Virus record (IMG/VR): IMGVR_UViG_3300014501_000018
Location: 1 to 62,596 of that record
From: a virus
Lineage: Duplodnaviria; Caudoviricetes
Length of the DNA: 62,596 bases
Strand: one strand, 5' to 3'
In this document: in pieces, positions 29,034-38,342 of the stretch
Layout of the letters: each line of letters begins with the position of its first letter
Position numbering within the stretch: the stretch's first letter is position 1
The notes under the pieces: model-generated
What the model saw: only the letters and a program-made list of their open reading frames with translations
Database searches by the model: none
What the model was told of the DNA's origin: nothing
Translations under genes and position numbers: made by a program

Positions 29034-29398
29034 GCAATTCCTAAAAGCCGGGAAGCGATAACGTGCTCATCGGAGTTGAAACTGATCCACTCCCGCAACT
29101 GCTCCGGGTCGCGCCAGTCTAAATCCAAAAGGTTATAGCCGTCTATACCCAAAACAGCATCCATCTGGATGTGCATGATGGAGTGCTGATAGAGCCATTG
29201 GTCAAGGTTATCAGGGTCTAACGGGTCCAAAGGGAAGATTGTCAGGCTCGTTGGCGGGGGCGTCGTGGCTGGCGGCACAGGGGTTGAGGTCTCGTAGACC
29301 CGGCGCACGATATCGCGATGATTGGCCATATGCGCGAACGACCACCGCCTGACTTCATCGGGCGTGAGTGGTGTTTGCACGATCTCCGAGAGCGCCAT
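29030..29398 (-). CDS. Hypothetical protein with repeated W..H...H helices
   Basis: WSFAHMANH, WLYQHSIMH, WISFNSDEH. Confidence 0.65.
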   Translation of the reverse strand: MALSEIVQTPLTPDEVRRWSFAHMANHRDIVRRVYETSTPVPPATTPPPTSLTIFPLDPLDPDNLDQWLYQHSIMHIQMDAVLGIDGYNLLDLDWRDPEQLREWISFNSDEHVIASRLLGIA

Positions 29399-29401
29399 CG
29401 C

Positions 29402-31696
29402 TCATCCTCGGTACGAAACGCGCGGGTCGTTCTGGATCATGGCGCTCACCAACGACACATCGGCCTCGTTGGTCTTTATCGTCATCCCGGTGAGCACGCC
29501 TTGCTGCCCCACGGCTTGTGGCGGCGTTACGAAATAGCCGGTACCTGACGGGCTCGGGATCGTGTAAGGCTTTGCATTGTAGAACGTCACTCCGGTCGAG
29601 CCGTTGATGCCGACCGAATCGATGTTTGCAATAATGTTAAGACTGCCGGCGACATTGTAGTTCCACACCGACCAGAAGCGGCCCGTCGCCTTGCTGAATT
29701 GATAACCGCCAGGCTCGTCCCATAGCCGGGATTGCACGAGTTTCTGGAAGCCGGTCGACGGCGTGCTGAACATCGGCTTGATCACCAGTCCATCGGTGCC
29801 CCACGCCGTCAAGACCGAGTTGATCTCTTGTGTTGCGATAAAGGTCAGCGGGCCAAAATCCTGAACCGATGCGTACCACTCCTTGCCGTTCCAGATCAGA
29901 AGTTTGTTGACCGTGGTGTTACTCACCGGATCGATGATTTGCGCCAGCACCATCCAGATGCGCTTGGAGAACACCGTCGCCTTAGCCGCTGAGAGCTGCG
30001 TAAGACTGCCAAAATTGGCGACGCTGCCCCATACGCCGTCCAAAGCTTCGCTGACTTTCTGCAAGGCCGAGCCGCGGCTGACATGCACGCCGATGGAGTT
30101 GGCGAGAACCAAGTCCTGCCCGCGCGTCAGGACCGAGTAGGGATAGGGCGAGCCGATCTCGGGGTCGGCGTTCTGGTTGGTGAATGTCGTCGTGGGCGGG
30201 CTGCCCGAAGTCGTAACACCCGAGATGTAATTCATCGACGAGTCGGCGACCAGATAAAGGAAGCCATTGGTGTTGACGAGGCGGATGTAGCTGACACGCA
30301 GGAAACTATCGCCCGAAGTAAAATTGCCGCCACCGTCCGACGTTGCAAAATTGGTGAACGATCCTGGCGCTCCAAAATAGACCGTAGGACCGTTGGCGAT
30401 CCAGGCGCGGCCTTGATAGGTCTCGACCGTTGTGCCACTGACGCCGAAAGGCGCCAAAGTAACTGTGCCCGCGGCGGTCTCGGCCACGTCGGCGATGCTT
30501 AATGTCGGCGCAACATTGCTGCCATATTGGCCGCCATTCGTTATAAGTACGGACGAAATGGAGCCGTTGGTTATAATCGGAGAAAAAGCCGCTTGCGTGA
30601 TGATGCTGGCACCGCCGCCCGATGACACGATGGAAGCCGTATCGCTATAGCCAGAACCGTGAGCAACAATGGACACACTCGATACGTAGTAGTCCCCGAT
30701 GTCGGTAATTGTTGCGACAGGGCTGGGTGAGGCGCCGCGATAAAAACCAGAAAAGGTTATGCTTACGGATGTCAATGAACCGTTGGTGATAAACGCCGTG
30801 ACATTCGCTTGGTTTTGCGGCGTGTTGCCGCCCGAAACCGTTATTACCGCATAAGGTGAATATCCACTGCCCGCCGCGATAATACTAGCGCTGGTAACTT
30901 CGTACTGACTGCCGACAAGAGTGGCGAGCAAATTGACCGATGCGCCCGACCCAACTGCATGAGACATTATTGCTGTGAGAGAAGCGCCCGAACCCGCAGC
31001 CGTTCCGCCTGAAAATATGAGGCTTACATTCTGGCCGGCGAGATAACCCGAGCCGGGATTTATAATCGAAACGCCTGTGACAACGCCATTAGCGATAGAA
31101 GCAGCAAACATGGCACCCGTACCAGATCCACCCGATGCGTTAACAGATGGGACTGTCTGATACCCCGAACCGGGATTCGTCAGTGTGACAATTGGCGAAA
31201 GTGATCCTGCTTCGTAAACAAGTGCCCCATCCCAAATCCAATAACCGTTGGTTTGGTTGGCGACGATGAGCAGATAAGTTTGCCCCCATTGGGAAAAACC
31301 GATATTGGTTATTGCGGGGGTCGTAATTGTGCCCGGCCCAAGAATTTGAGTCGTGATTGCCGTACCAACTGTATTGACGGTTTGCACCGAGCCGTCAGAG
31401 AGGAAATAAACGGCGTATTCGGTTGCACCAATATTATAGAAGCCGAACAGAACGATCGTTCGGCCACCACTGAATGCAGCGCGTAACTGCGTTCCGCCGC
31501 CGGGGAGCGTCCGCAGATTGCGTGGTGCGACAGGCATGAAGCCGTCGATCCAGTAACACATCTCGTCGGGTACACCGGCTCGCGTTGTCGACGTGTTGAT
31601 GCCGCTGAATTTCTCCATGATCTGCGGCGCCGGGAGAGGCGGCGTAAAGGGATTGCCTTGAGGTTCTTCGGCTTTGGGGGGGTTGGCTAGGGTCAT
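29402..31696 (-). CDS. Tail nozzle/tubular protein B-like with inserted GSGY repeats
   Basis: FSGINT near the N-terminus, beta-rich, located after the adaptor genes. Confidence 0.65.
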   Translation of the reverse strand: MTLANPPKAEEPQGNPFTPPLPAPQIMEKFSGINTSTTRAGVPDEMCYWIDGFMPVAPRNLRTLPGGGTQLRAAFSGGRTIVLFGFYNIGATEYAVYFLSDGSVQTVNTVGTAITTQILGPGTITTPAITNIGFSQWGQTYLLIVANQTNGYWIWDGALVYEAGSLSPIVTLTNPGSGYQTVPSVNASGGSGTGAMFAASIANGVVTGVSIINPGSGYLAGQNVSLIFSGGTAAGSGASLTAIMSHAVGSGASVNLLATLVGSQYEVTSASIIAAGSGYSPYAVITVSGGNTPQNQANVTAFITNGSLTSVSITFSGFYRGASPSPVATITDIGDYYVSSVSIVAHGSGYSDTASIVSSGGGASIITQAAFSPIITNGSISSVLITNGGQYGSNVAPTLSIADVAETAAGTVTLAPFGVSGTTVETYQGRAWIANGPTVYFGAPGSFTNFATSDGGGNFTSGDSFLRVSYIRLVNTNGFLYLVADSSMNYISGVTTSGSPPTTTFTNQNADPEIGSPYPYSVLTRGQDLVLANSIGVHVSRGSALQKVSEALDGVWGSVANFGSLTQLSAAKATVFSKRIWMVLAQIIDPVSNTTVNKLLIWNGKEWYASVQDFGPLTFIATQEINSVLTAWGTDGLVIKPMFSTPSTGFQKLVQSRLWDEPGGYQFSKATGRFWSVWNYNVAGSLNIIANIDSVGINGSTGVTFYNAKPYTIPSPSGTGYFVTPPQAVGQQGVLTGMTIKTNEADVSLVSAMIQNDPRVSYRG

Positions 31697-31729
31697 TTGA
31701 CAAGGTTCTCCATAGGTGCTATGGAGAAC
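31697..31729 (+). promoter_or_regulatory. Promoter overlapping an 11-bp perfect inverted repeat
   Basis: TTGACA-17-TATGGA; gttctccatag-gtg-ctatggagaac at 31705-31729. Confidence 0.7.
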
Positions 31730-31732
31730 GTC

Positions 31733-31861
31733 ATGAAACGCTCAATCGACTTCACCGATCCGCAGATGAAATGGCTCGAACGCCGTTCCAAAGAACTTGG
31801 CATTACCATCGCCGAATTGGTGCGGAGAATTATTGATGAAAAACGAGAAACAAATAAATAA
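31733..31861 (+). CDS. Ribbon-helix-helix (CopG-like) protein, 42 aa; not in the ORF track
   Basis: MKRSIDFTDPQMKWLERRSKELGITIAELVRRIIDE. Confidence 0.75.
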   Translation: MKRSIDFTDPQMKWLERRSKELGITIAELVRRIIDEKRETNK

Positions 31862-32552
31862 AAAATGCGAAGAGTGCCAGCAAGCATTCGTCGCGCATCG
31901 CCCCGATAAACGTTTTTGCTCACGAAAGTGCTACCGCAGGCAGTACGATCGGCATCCCGCCGACACTCGAAACTCGCCGCGTGATGCCGTTTGTGAAGTG
32001 TGCCAAACTCCATTCGTAAAAAACAAACGGCACCAAGTTTATTGCTCAAGCGAGTGTTACAAAAAAGCTTGGCCCGTACTAAACCGAGAAGCGCATAACG
32101 TCGCTCAACGACGCAAGCGTTTAAAACAGCCCGAGTTATTCCGCCAGCGCGACACTGTTTATCATAGGAAACATCGCTCCAAGTTAACCACGGCCTATCC
32201 ATGGGCGTATCTCTTCAAATCCCGAAAAGCGGAAGCTAAGCAAAAAGGAATACCCTTCGCACTCGATAATGAATGGGCGGCGCCCCTATGGGCGCGCGGT
32301 TGCTCCATTACCGGGCTGCCTTTCCAGCCGAACGCTGCGCAAGGCCCATGGCCTTTTTCGCCGAGCATCGACCAAATTAAACCGGGGCTTGGATATACAA
32401 AAGAAAACGCTCGTTTCATGCTTTGGGGTGCCAACGCGCTAAAAGGGGCAGGCAGCGATGCTGATATGTATGCCATCGCAGAAGCCATCACGAAAGTACG
32501 CTACCGATGTGCTGAAAAATTTGTTGAATCGCTCCTAGCCCTCCCAGCATGA
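31836..32552 (+). CDS. Free-standing His-Me finger (HNH-like) endonuclease with two N-terminal Cys repeats
   Basis: C..C...F...FCS..C twice; C.ITG.PF...SPSIDQIKPGLGYTKEN......N.LK. Confidence 0.75.
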   Translation: MKNEKQINKKCEECQQAFVAHRPDKRFCSRKCYRRQYDRHPADTRNSPRDAVCEVCQTPFVKNKRHQVYCSSECYKKAWPVLNREAHNVAQRRKRLKQPELFRQRDTVYHRKHRSKLTTAYPWAYLFKSRKAEAKQKGIPFALDNEWAAPLWARGCSITGLPFQPNAAQGPWPFSPSIDQIKPGLGYTKENARFMLWGANALKGAGSDADMYAIAEAITKVRYRCAEKFVESLLALPA

Positions 32553-33492
32553 AGGGCAAAAGGAATCTACCATACGGATTGGTGACTCGCCCGACTCGCG
32601 CCGAGTGAGAATATATACCTAGCTGTTTTTCAAACAAATCCAAATGAAATTTTGCCGCGTTATAGTTGTTTAATTCCAAAAAACCAAGATGAGCAGCAAA
32701 GTAACTAATTGCATCAGTCCACGGATCAGGTATTACCTCATAATCCTGATTAGTTTTTAAGTCTTGCGGGAGACAATAACAGTCTAACTCATACTGATAC
32801 ACTTGCGACGGTAATGGATAACAGTAAAAACTGCCGGACGTGCCTTGACCGTACTGTGAAGCGAAGCTCGGTACATAGGAAAATTGGTACGGATACTGGC
32901 GTATTTGCGCCTGGTAGATAGAAAACGAATAGACGGGCAGTGAATACCTGTAGTTCGCATATATAATTGAGATTCCTTGTACCCCGAATACAGATTTTAC
33001 TCCAGGATTTCCTCCCAAAAACACGCCCGAAAACGGATATACTTCTTGCCCGGCGTTCAATTGATTGATCGGCCCAGTCTGCAACGTCACCGAAGCGCCA
33101 GTGCCAGTCGCATCCGTAATTGTCGCCAGCGGCTGAAAATAACCCGAACCACCATACGTGATATCGACGGCCGCGATCGTCCCGCTCTGCACAATTGCCG
33201 AAGCGGTTGCTTGCGCGCCCAACGGGTTCGCGCCCGTACCACTTGGAAAGTCCGGAGGCGTAATCGTGATCGTCGGCGAATTGCTAAAGCCGGTCCCACC
33301 GGCAATGACGCTCGCGGTCACAATCGGGGCCGACACCTGTGTCAGCACGCGGATGCAATAGGTACGCATCGCCACTTCGCGTCGAGCTCGATTTATGTAA
33401 TTGACTAGGTTCTCCGGATTGATCAAATCCTGTTTGGTCTCACGCAAAAATTTCTGCGTCGTTTTCCAATAATCAAACAGAGTAGCCATCAA
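32488..33492 (-). CDS. Head-tail adaptor/tubular protein A-like, paralog 2 (GSGY insert)
   Basis: YINRARREVA...GQEVYPF...IPDPWTDAISYFAA. Confidence 0.7.
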   Translation of the reverse strand: MMATLFDYWKTTQKFLRETKQDLINPENLVNYINRARREVAMRTYCIRVLTQVSAPIVTASVIAGGTGFSNSPTITITPPDFPSGTGANPLGAQATASAIVQSGTIAAVDITYGGSGYFQPLATITDATGTGASVTLQTGPINQLNAGQEVYPFSGVFLGGNPGVKSVFGVQGISIIYANYRYSLPVYSFSIYQAQIRQYPYQFSYVPSFASQYGQGTSGSFYCYPLPSQVYQYELDCYCLPQDLKTNQDYEVIPDPWTDAISYFAAHLGFLELNNYNAAKFHLDLFEKQLGIYSHSARVGRVTNPYGRFLLPFMLGGLGAIQQIFQHIGSVLS

Positions 33493-34256
33493 CCAGCCCC
33501 CTGCCCCGAACGCGGCTGCGAAACTCCAAGCTTGTTGATCGAAGCCGGATCAGCCGACTGCTCATACTGCGTCCGGTTCACTGAAGGATTAGAAGCCTGC
33601 CGAGCCCGGTTTAAAAACTCCTTGTAGTAACCATACATTCGCTCGGCATCGGCCGAACGCGCACCCGTCTGCGACGACAGGAACGCATAATAAGCGGCGA
33701 AAAACGTAATCGCGTCGGTCCACAGATACGGGATTGCCTCAACCGTCGCATCATTCACCAGCGGGATCGGGTAGCACACGCAGTCGCAATTGAGCGTGTA
33801 AACAAGATCAGGCGGCGGGTCGATCCAGAACGAGCCCGAAGCCGCCGAACCAGTCGCCGGTGCCGCGGCGCCTTGCGCATACTGCGACCACACCTCGGGC
33901 GGCCCAGCAACGGGCACCGGATTGTTGACGTGAAAGAGATCGAAATATTCCCAGGCGCGGGGCGGGATCCATTGAGCGCCCGACGCCACGCTATAATTGA
34001 TGCGTCGAACGTGAATCGCACCCTGGATGCCCGTCGTTGCCGACGTTCCAAAGTTCAAACTCGAAAATGGATATTGAACCTGCCCTACAACGGTGGCAAT
34101 CGTGCCAATAGCGCGAATGCACTCGCCCTCGCCGGCCAACTGCCCGCGAGCGATGTTGATCCAATTGTCGAGGGTAGCAGTCGGGTAGAGCGTTGTCGGC
34201 GCTCCAGGCAACTGCAACAGGTTTTGAAGGTTAGTTTCGTAGGCCGTCAGTGCCAT
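33489..34256 (-). CDS. Head-tail adaptor/tubular protein A-like, paralog 1
   Basis: WINIARGQLA...GQVQYPF...IPYLWTDAITFFAA. Confidence 0.7.
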   Translation of the reverse strand: MALTAYETNLQNLLQLPGAPTTLYPTATLDNWINIARGQLAGEGECIRAIGTIATVVGQVQYPFSSLNFGTSATTGIQGAIHVRRINYSVASGAQWIPPRAWEYFDLFHVNNPVPVAGPPEVWSQYAQGAAAPATGSAASGSFWIDPPPDLVYTLNCDCVCYPIPLVNDATVEAIPYLWTDAITFFAAYYAFLSSQTGARSADAERMYGYYKEFLNRARQASNPSVNRTQYEQSADPASINKLGVSQPRSGQGAG

Positions 34257-34277
34257 GGCAGAAAGACCTCTCTGCCA

Positions 34278-34514
34278 TCAGTATAGTCGCTTGAGCACCA
34301 ATGCTCCACCGGGGATCGAGCGCTCGGCATCATAAGTGTGCCACAGTTGCGAACCGTCCGGCATCTTTACCAAGAACGCGGTGCCGAGCCGCATGGTCTG
34401 CTGCTCATCGCCTGGAGTCTGACACGCTGAGTCACCGATGGTGAGCTGCTTAGCAAGTTGGAAGCGGCTATCCGCTTCCACTCCTGTTATGCCGATGCTG
34501 AACGTCTCAGCCAT
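34278..34514 (-). CDS. Small hypothetical protein in the structural operon
   Basis: Tiled ORF. Confidence 0.6.
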   Translation of the reverse strand: MAETFSIGITGVEADSRFQLAKQLTIGDSACQTPGDEQQTMRLGTAFLVKMPDGSQLWHTYDAERSIPGGALVLKRLY

Positions 34515-35693
34515 TTACGGCGCCGGTTGCATCGTCACAATATCGGCGGCGCTGCCCATGGTCAAAGCAAGACCGAGGATATTCACCGAGCCGGTGCCGG
34601 CCAAGCCAGGCGTGGTTTCCACGACGAAGTTTGGCACCGCGTTGGTGTTAAACAAGCCGCCATCATAGATAGTGCCGACCTGCGGAGCCACTGAACCCGC
34701 ACCGATAACAGTGAGACCGACCTGCGCCGGTCGCGGCAGCCATGCGATGCGATTTTGCTCGGGATTGACGATCGAGCCTTGCGGGGGCACGCCGCCAACC
34801 GTGGTGAGCAGAGCCGACAATGTGCCGTAACCAAGCCCGGCGCCGGTCGTAACTGACGCAGCAGTAACGGTTTGCATGGCAAAGCCGGTCAAGCTCGCGC
34901 CCGTACCCACACCCGCGACCGTCAGCGTGAAGTTGTTCGGGTTCGAGAGCGGCGCGCCGTTGTTCGTACACAAGCACGCCGTCAAGCCGCCGCCGGTCAC
35001 AAGCGAAAATGCCAGCGTACCCGCCGTGATGCCGATGTTGATATTTGGATCGGTCGGGTTTGGCAAAATAACGGGAACGGGCGCCGTAGCATAGCCTGCT
35101 CCGGTATTGGTGAACGTGAAGCCGCTAATCGTGCCGCTGGAGATACCGCAGTATCCCGAAGCCGGGACACCGCCTACGCCATTCGGGTTATTGGCGCTGG
35201 GAGGCGGCGGGGGAATAAGCACGATCGGAGGAACGCCGTAGCCTGCACCCGCGTTTGCCGTCACGACGGATGAGAAGCCAAGTCCGCCGCCAACAATGGG
35301 CTGCCAAGTCGAGCCGCCGCCACCAGTGACTGCCACGGTGGTCGACGCCTGCACGTAATTGGTGCCGAGCGCGAAGATCACCGCACCAGTCGGGCATCCA
35401 GTCAGGTTGGCAACACGGACATTGAAGCCATCGCTTTTGACGTAGATCATCGATCGGCCATACGACGCGGCCGACCCCATCGTCCACACGCCGGTAATCG
35501 GGTCCAGGAACTGCAAGACCAGATAAAAACCAAGATGGATATACCAAGTGCCGGCAGGGACCGGAATCTGGTTGCCAGGCCCAACCGCAAACTTGTTGGT
35601 GCTCGCGTCGTAGGGCGCGTAATTCAGTTCTGTGGGATAAAGATACTGAGGAAGGGGTAGATTGAGCCCCGGCCCGCTTAAGGGAGATGGCAT
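34515..35693 (-). CDS. Gly/Thr-rich virion (decoration-like) protein
   Basis: AAGGAG Shine-Dalgarno; follows the capsid gene; GAGY repeats. Confidence 0.65.
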   Translation of the reverse strand: MPSPLSGPGLNLPLPQYLYPTELNYAPYDASTNKFAVGPGNQIPVPAGTWYIHLGFYLVLQFLDPITGVWTMGSAASYGRSMIYVKSDGFNVRVANLTGCPTGAVIFALGTNYVQASTTVAVTGGGGSTWQPIVGGGLGFSSVVTANAGAGYGVPPIVLIPPPPPSANNPNGVGGVPASGYCGISSGTISGFTFTNTGAGYATAPVPVILPNPTDPNINIGITAGTLAFSLVTGGGLTACLCTNNGAPLSNPNNFTLTVAGVGTGASLTGFAMQTVTAASVTTGAGLGYGTLSALLTTVGGVPPQGSIVNPEQNRIAWLPRPAQVGLTVIGAGSVAPQVGTIYDGGLFNTNAVPNFVVETTPGLAGTGSVNILGLALTMGSAADIVTMQPAP

Positions 35694-35739
35694 CGTTTAA
35701 CTCCTTGCCATGAGATAATTTTGGGGATACAAACGTACT

Positions 35740-36354
35740 ATGACCCAAAATTCTAGGAACTGTTTGAGCTGCGGGGCACCACTTCCGGATAACCGGCCGA
35801 AGTTCTGTTCACACAAACACGCGATGGACTGGCACAATTCCCAGCAAGATTGGCGAACGCGAAAAGATCGATTCAGCCGAAACGCTGCAAGGAAACGCGC
35901 ATACGAAGCCGACCCCGAATTTTGGCGTAACAAAACCCGCGCATGGCGCGAGGCCCATCCGGAGCAATCTAAGTTTTTTGCCCAAAAGCAAAAAGAGGGG
36001 TATTGGCGAAAACCGTGGGTAAAAGCCATCATAGCTGCGAAAGGGCGCGCAATAAAACGCAATATCCCGTTCGATTTAACATACGAATGGGGGGAAAAAC
36101 GTTGGACTGGCTTTTGCGAACTCACAGGTATTCCTTTCTCGCCTCGTCGGGGCGCCTCTTCCAGCATCTTCTCACCTAGCCTTGACAAGATCATTCCAGC
36201 CAAGGGGTACGTACAAACCAACTGTCGCTTCATCCTTTTCGGTGTCAACAATCTCAAACACGACGGCACCGACGAAGAAATGTACATGGTCGCTAAGTCG
36301 TTGATTTCACATCTAATATTGGTTCCCGGCGAGGTTATAGCCCCAGAAACCTGA
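35740..36354 (+). CDS. Free-standing His-Me finger endonuclease, paralog of 31836-32552
   Basis: CLSCG...FCS; CELTGIPF...SPSLDKIIPAKGYVQTN......N.LK. Confidence 0.75.
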   Translation: MTQNSRNCLSCGAPLPDNRPKFCSHKHAMDWHNSQQDWRTRKDRFSRNAARKRAYEADPEFWRNKTRAWREAHPEQSKFFAQKQKEGYWRKPWVKAIIAAKGRAIKRNIPFDLTYEWGEKRWTGFCELTGIPFSPRRGASSSIFSPSLDKIIPAKGYVQTNCRFILFGVNNLKHDGTDEEMYMVAKSLISHLILVPGEVIAPET

Positions 36355-37353
36355 CGACGATTTCGCGGTGATGATGTCGTAGCCGACGACAACCACGCCT
36401 TGCTGCCCGATCTGCCCGAGCGGCACCAGCGAGTAGAAGCCGGAGAAGTCGAATGCCGCGTCCTCGGACAGATACATCGAGGTGTATTTGACGTTGACGC
36501 CAAAGACGTTGCCCTGTGGACAAAAGTGATCGGCGAAGATCGGAACGCCCGAGACAAACAAGTTCGGGAAGCTCGACCGAACCGCGGTGTCCATCGTGAA
36601 CTGCTGCGGCGGAATTTGGTGGATTTGCTCAATCCCGATGAAGTCCAGATTGAGCGTGGCATAGTCGCCGGGATTCATGACCACGAAGGTCGGTGCCTCG
36701 CCGCCCGCCTGGTCAGTGACATACGATAACAGCGTCGCCATCGATTTGCGGGTGAAGCCCACCGTTCCAAGCGAGAACGTGCCCGAGTTTAGATTGATGT
36801 ACTGGCCCTTGAAGGCCGAGTTGCCGGCGTTGTTGCGATTTACGCCGCCGTAGGTCGGAAAGTTCGTGCCGTTGTCGAACGCATCCTGAAAGCTGTTCGG
36901 CAGAAGCGGATTGCCCGAGTTGTTGGTGAACGTCAGGCGAGCCATGTTCTGGCGCGTCACGGCATACACGTCATTCATACGCGCTTTGAGGATCGAGATT
37001 TCGCGATCCGTCGCCTGAATGATCGTTTCGCCGAAGGGTAGCGGGATCGGCACGACCCAATAAGCGAGATTGAATTGCAGGTTCTGAATACCGGGCGTTA
37101 TGACAGGGCTGTTAAAGCCGCCGCCGTAGCCGGTGAACTGGCCCTGCACCATGCTTTGGCCTTGCGCCGGCACCGTGATCTGGTTGAGGCCGCCGGCCGC
37201 GCGCTGTGCGTTGCCGGTCATGTAGAAAAGTGTGGGGCTTCCAAAATAGATTTGTACAAAGAGACGCGGGACGAAAGCGCGCCGTGTGGCACTTGCGAGC
37301 TCATTATAAAGTGAGCCCGCAGCAGGTGCGACGCCAATACCGGGAAGTGGCAA
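36313..37353 (-). CDS. Major capsid protein
   Basis: 346 aa, follows the scaffold-like gene; AGGAGG Shine-Dalgarno with TTG start; YGGVNR...P..VVM...GVPIFAD..CP pattern. Confidence 0.82.
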   Translation of the reverse strand: MPLPGIGVAPAAGSLYNELASATRRAFVPRLFVQIYFGSPTLFYMTGNAQRAAGGLNQITVPAQGQSMVQGQFTGYGGGFNSPVITPGIQNLQFNLAYWVVPIPLPFGETIIQATDREISILKARMNDVYAVTRQNMARLTFTNNSGNPLLPNSFQDAFDNGTNFPTYGGVNRNNAGNSAFKGQYINLNSGTFSLGTVGFTRKSMATLLSYVTDQAGGEAPTFVVMNPGDYATLNLDFIGIEQIHQIPPQQFTMDTAVRSSFPNLFVSGVPIFADHFCPQGNVFGVNVKYTSMYLSEDAAFDFSGFYSLVPLGQIGQQGVVVVGYDIITAKSSSGFWGYNLAGNQY

Positions 37354-37367
37354 ACTAGCCTCCTAAG

Positions 37368-37973
37368 TTAGCGTCGCGAACTGCCGCGAACTTCGTTGAT
37401 GGTTGCGCCGATACGCTGGGACAAAGCGCCGTCCGAGATGCCGTTCTTGCCAGCCTTCAACAGGCTGTCGACGTACTTATCGTCAGCGTCGTCGGTCGAG
37501 GACGGAAGTTCGGCAAAATTCCAGCCGCCGGTCCCGCTCTGAGACACCGGCATCTGCGGAGGATGATCGCGTTCGAAGATCGCGGCGGCATCCAGCGGAT
37601 CGAGGATGCCCTTTTCCTCCATGATCTTTTCGACGGCCTTGATGCCATCGTCGGTGTAGCGTTGCTCGCGCAGTTTCGCGATGCCGCTATCCTTCATCAA
37701 TTGAAGTTGAGCAATCCGGCCGTCGCGCTCGCGCGCGGCCTTGTCATCCTCGATCTGCTTCTTGAGATCAGCGATTTCCTTGGAAGTCGACGCCTTGATT
37801 TCCTCGATCGGATCCGGCTCGTCCAGCTCGGGAACGTCCGCCTTCGGATCGACGATCTTCTGGGCCTCAAGAACCTTGCGCCGCGCCTTGGGATTCTTCA
37901 ACCACCCCTCGACAGTCTGCCGCAGCTTGGTGTTCTGCTGCAACTGAAGTTCATCAACCTCGACGGTGGGCAT
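37368..37973 (-). CDS. Putative scaffolding protein
   Basis: Charged coiled coil directly upstream of the capsid gene. Confidence 0.6.
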   Translation of the reverse strand: MPTVEVDELQLQQNTKLRQTVEGWLKNPKARRKVLEAQKIVDPKADVPELDEPDPIEEIKASTSKEIADLKKQIEDDKAARERDGRIAQLQLMKDSGIAKLREQRYTDDGIKAVEKIMEEKGILDPLDAAAIFERDHPPQMPVSQSGTGGWNFAELPSSTDDADDKYVDSLLKAGKNGISDGALSQRIGATINEVRGSSRR

Positions 37974-37976
37974 CGG

Positions 37977-38342
37977 TTACTTCCCTACCGTCGAGCCGGC
38001 GTTCGGCACATGATTGATGCCGAGTGCACCGGACTTCATGGTCGACGGCAGATGGCTCTTGCGACCCTGGATGTCGATCTGCTCCATGTCGACACGGATG
38101 ATCTGTTCATCGCTGGTCGGGACTGTTTTTGCGGCGTTCTGAAAAATATTCACATTCGACATCGCTGTTCTCCTTCAAACCTTGTGGCCGTAACGCGGCC
38201 GTTCGGCGTGCACCACCGACCGGGCACCGAAGTCGCCCATCATGGCCGGCACGGAATTTTCGTTCTTCTCGGGCTGCGACTGCGCAACCTTGACCGGCTT
38301 CTGGTCGGGCATGTCGGACATTTTTTCCTTGAAGATGTCCAT
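37977..38342 (-). other. Two small head-region genes (37977-38162, 38175-38342)
   Basis: 61 aa and 55 aa; AAGGAG Shine-Dalgarno and coupled start. Confidence 0.6.

Noticed and set aside
35697-36662. 321-aa ORF as a frameshift extension of the capsid protein
   Set aside because: Mostly antisense to the endonuclease, no domain-like sequence, and no slippery site noticed near the capsid stop.
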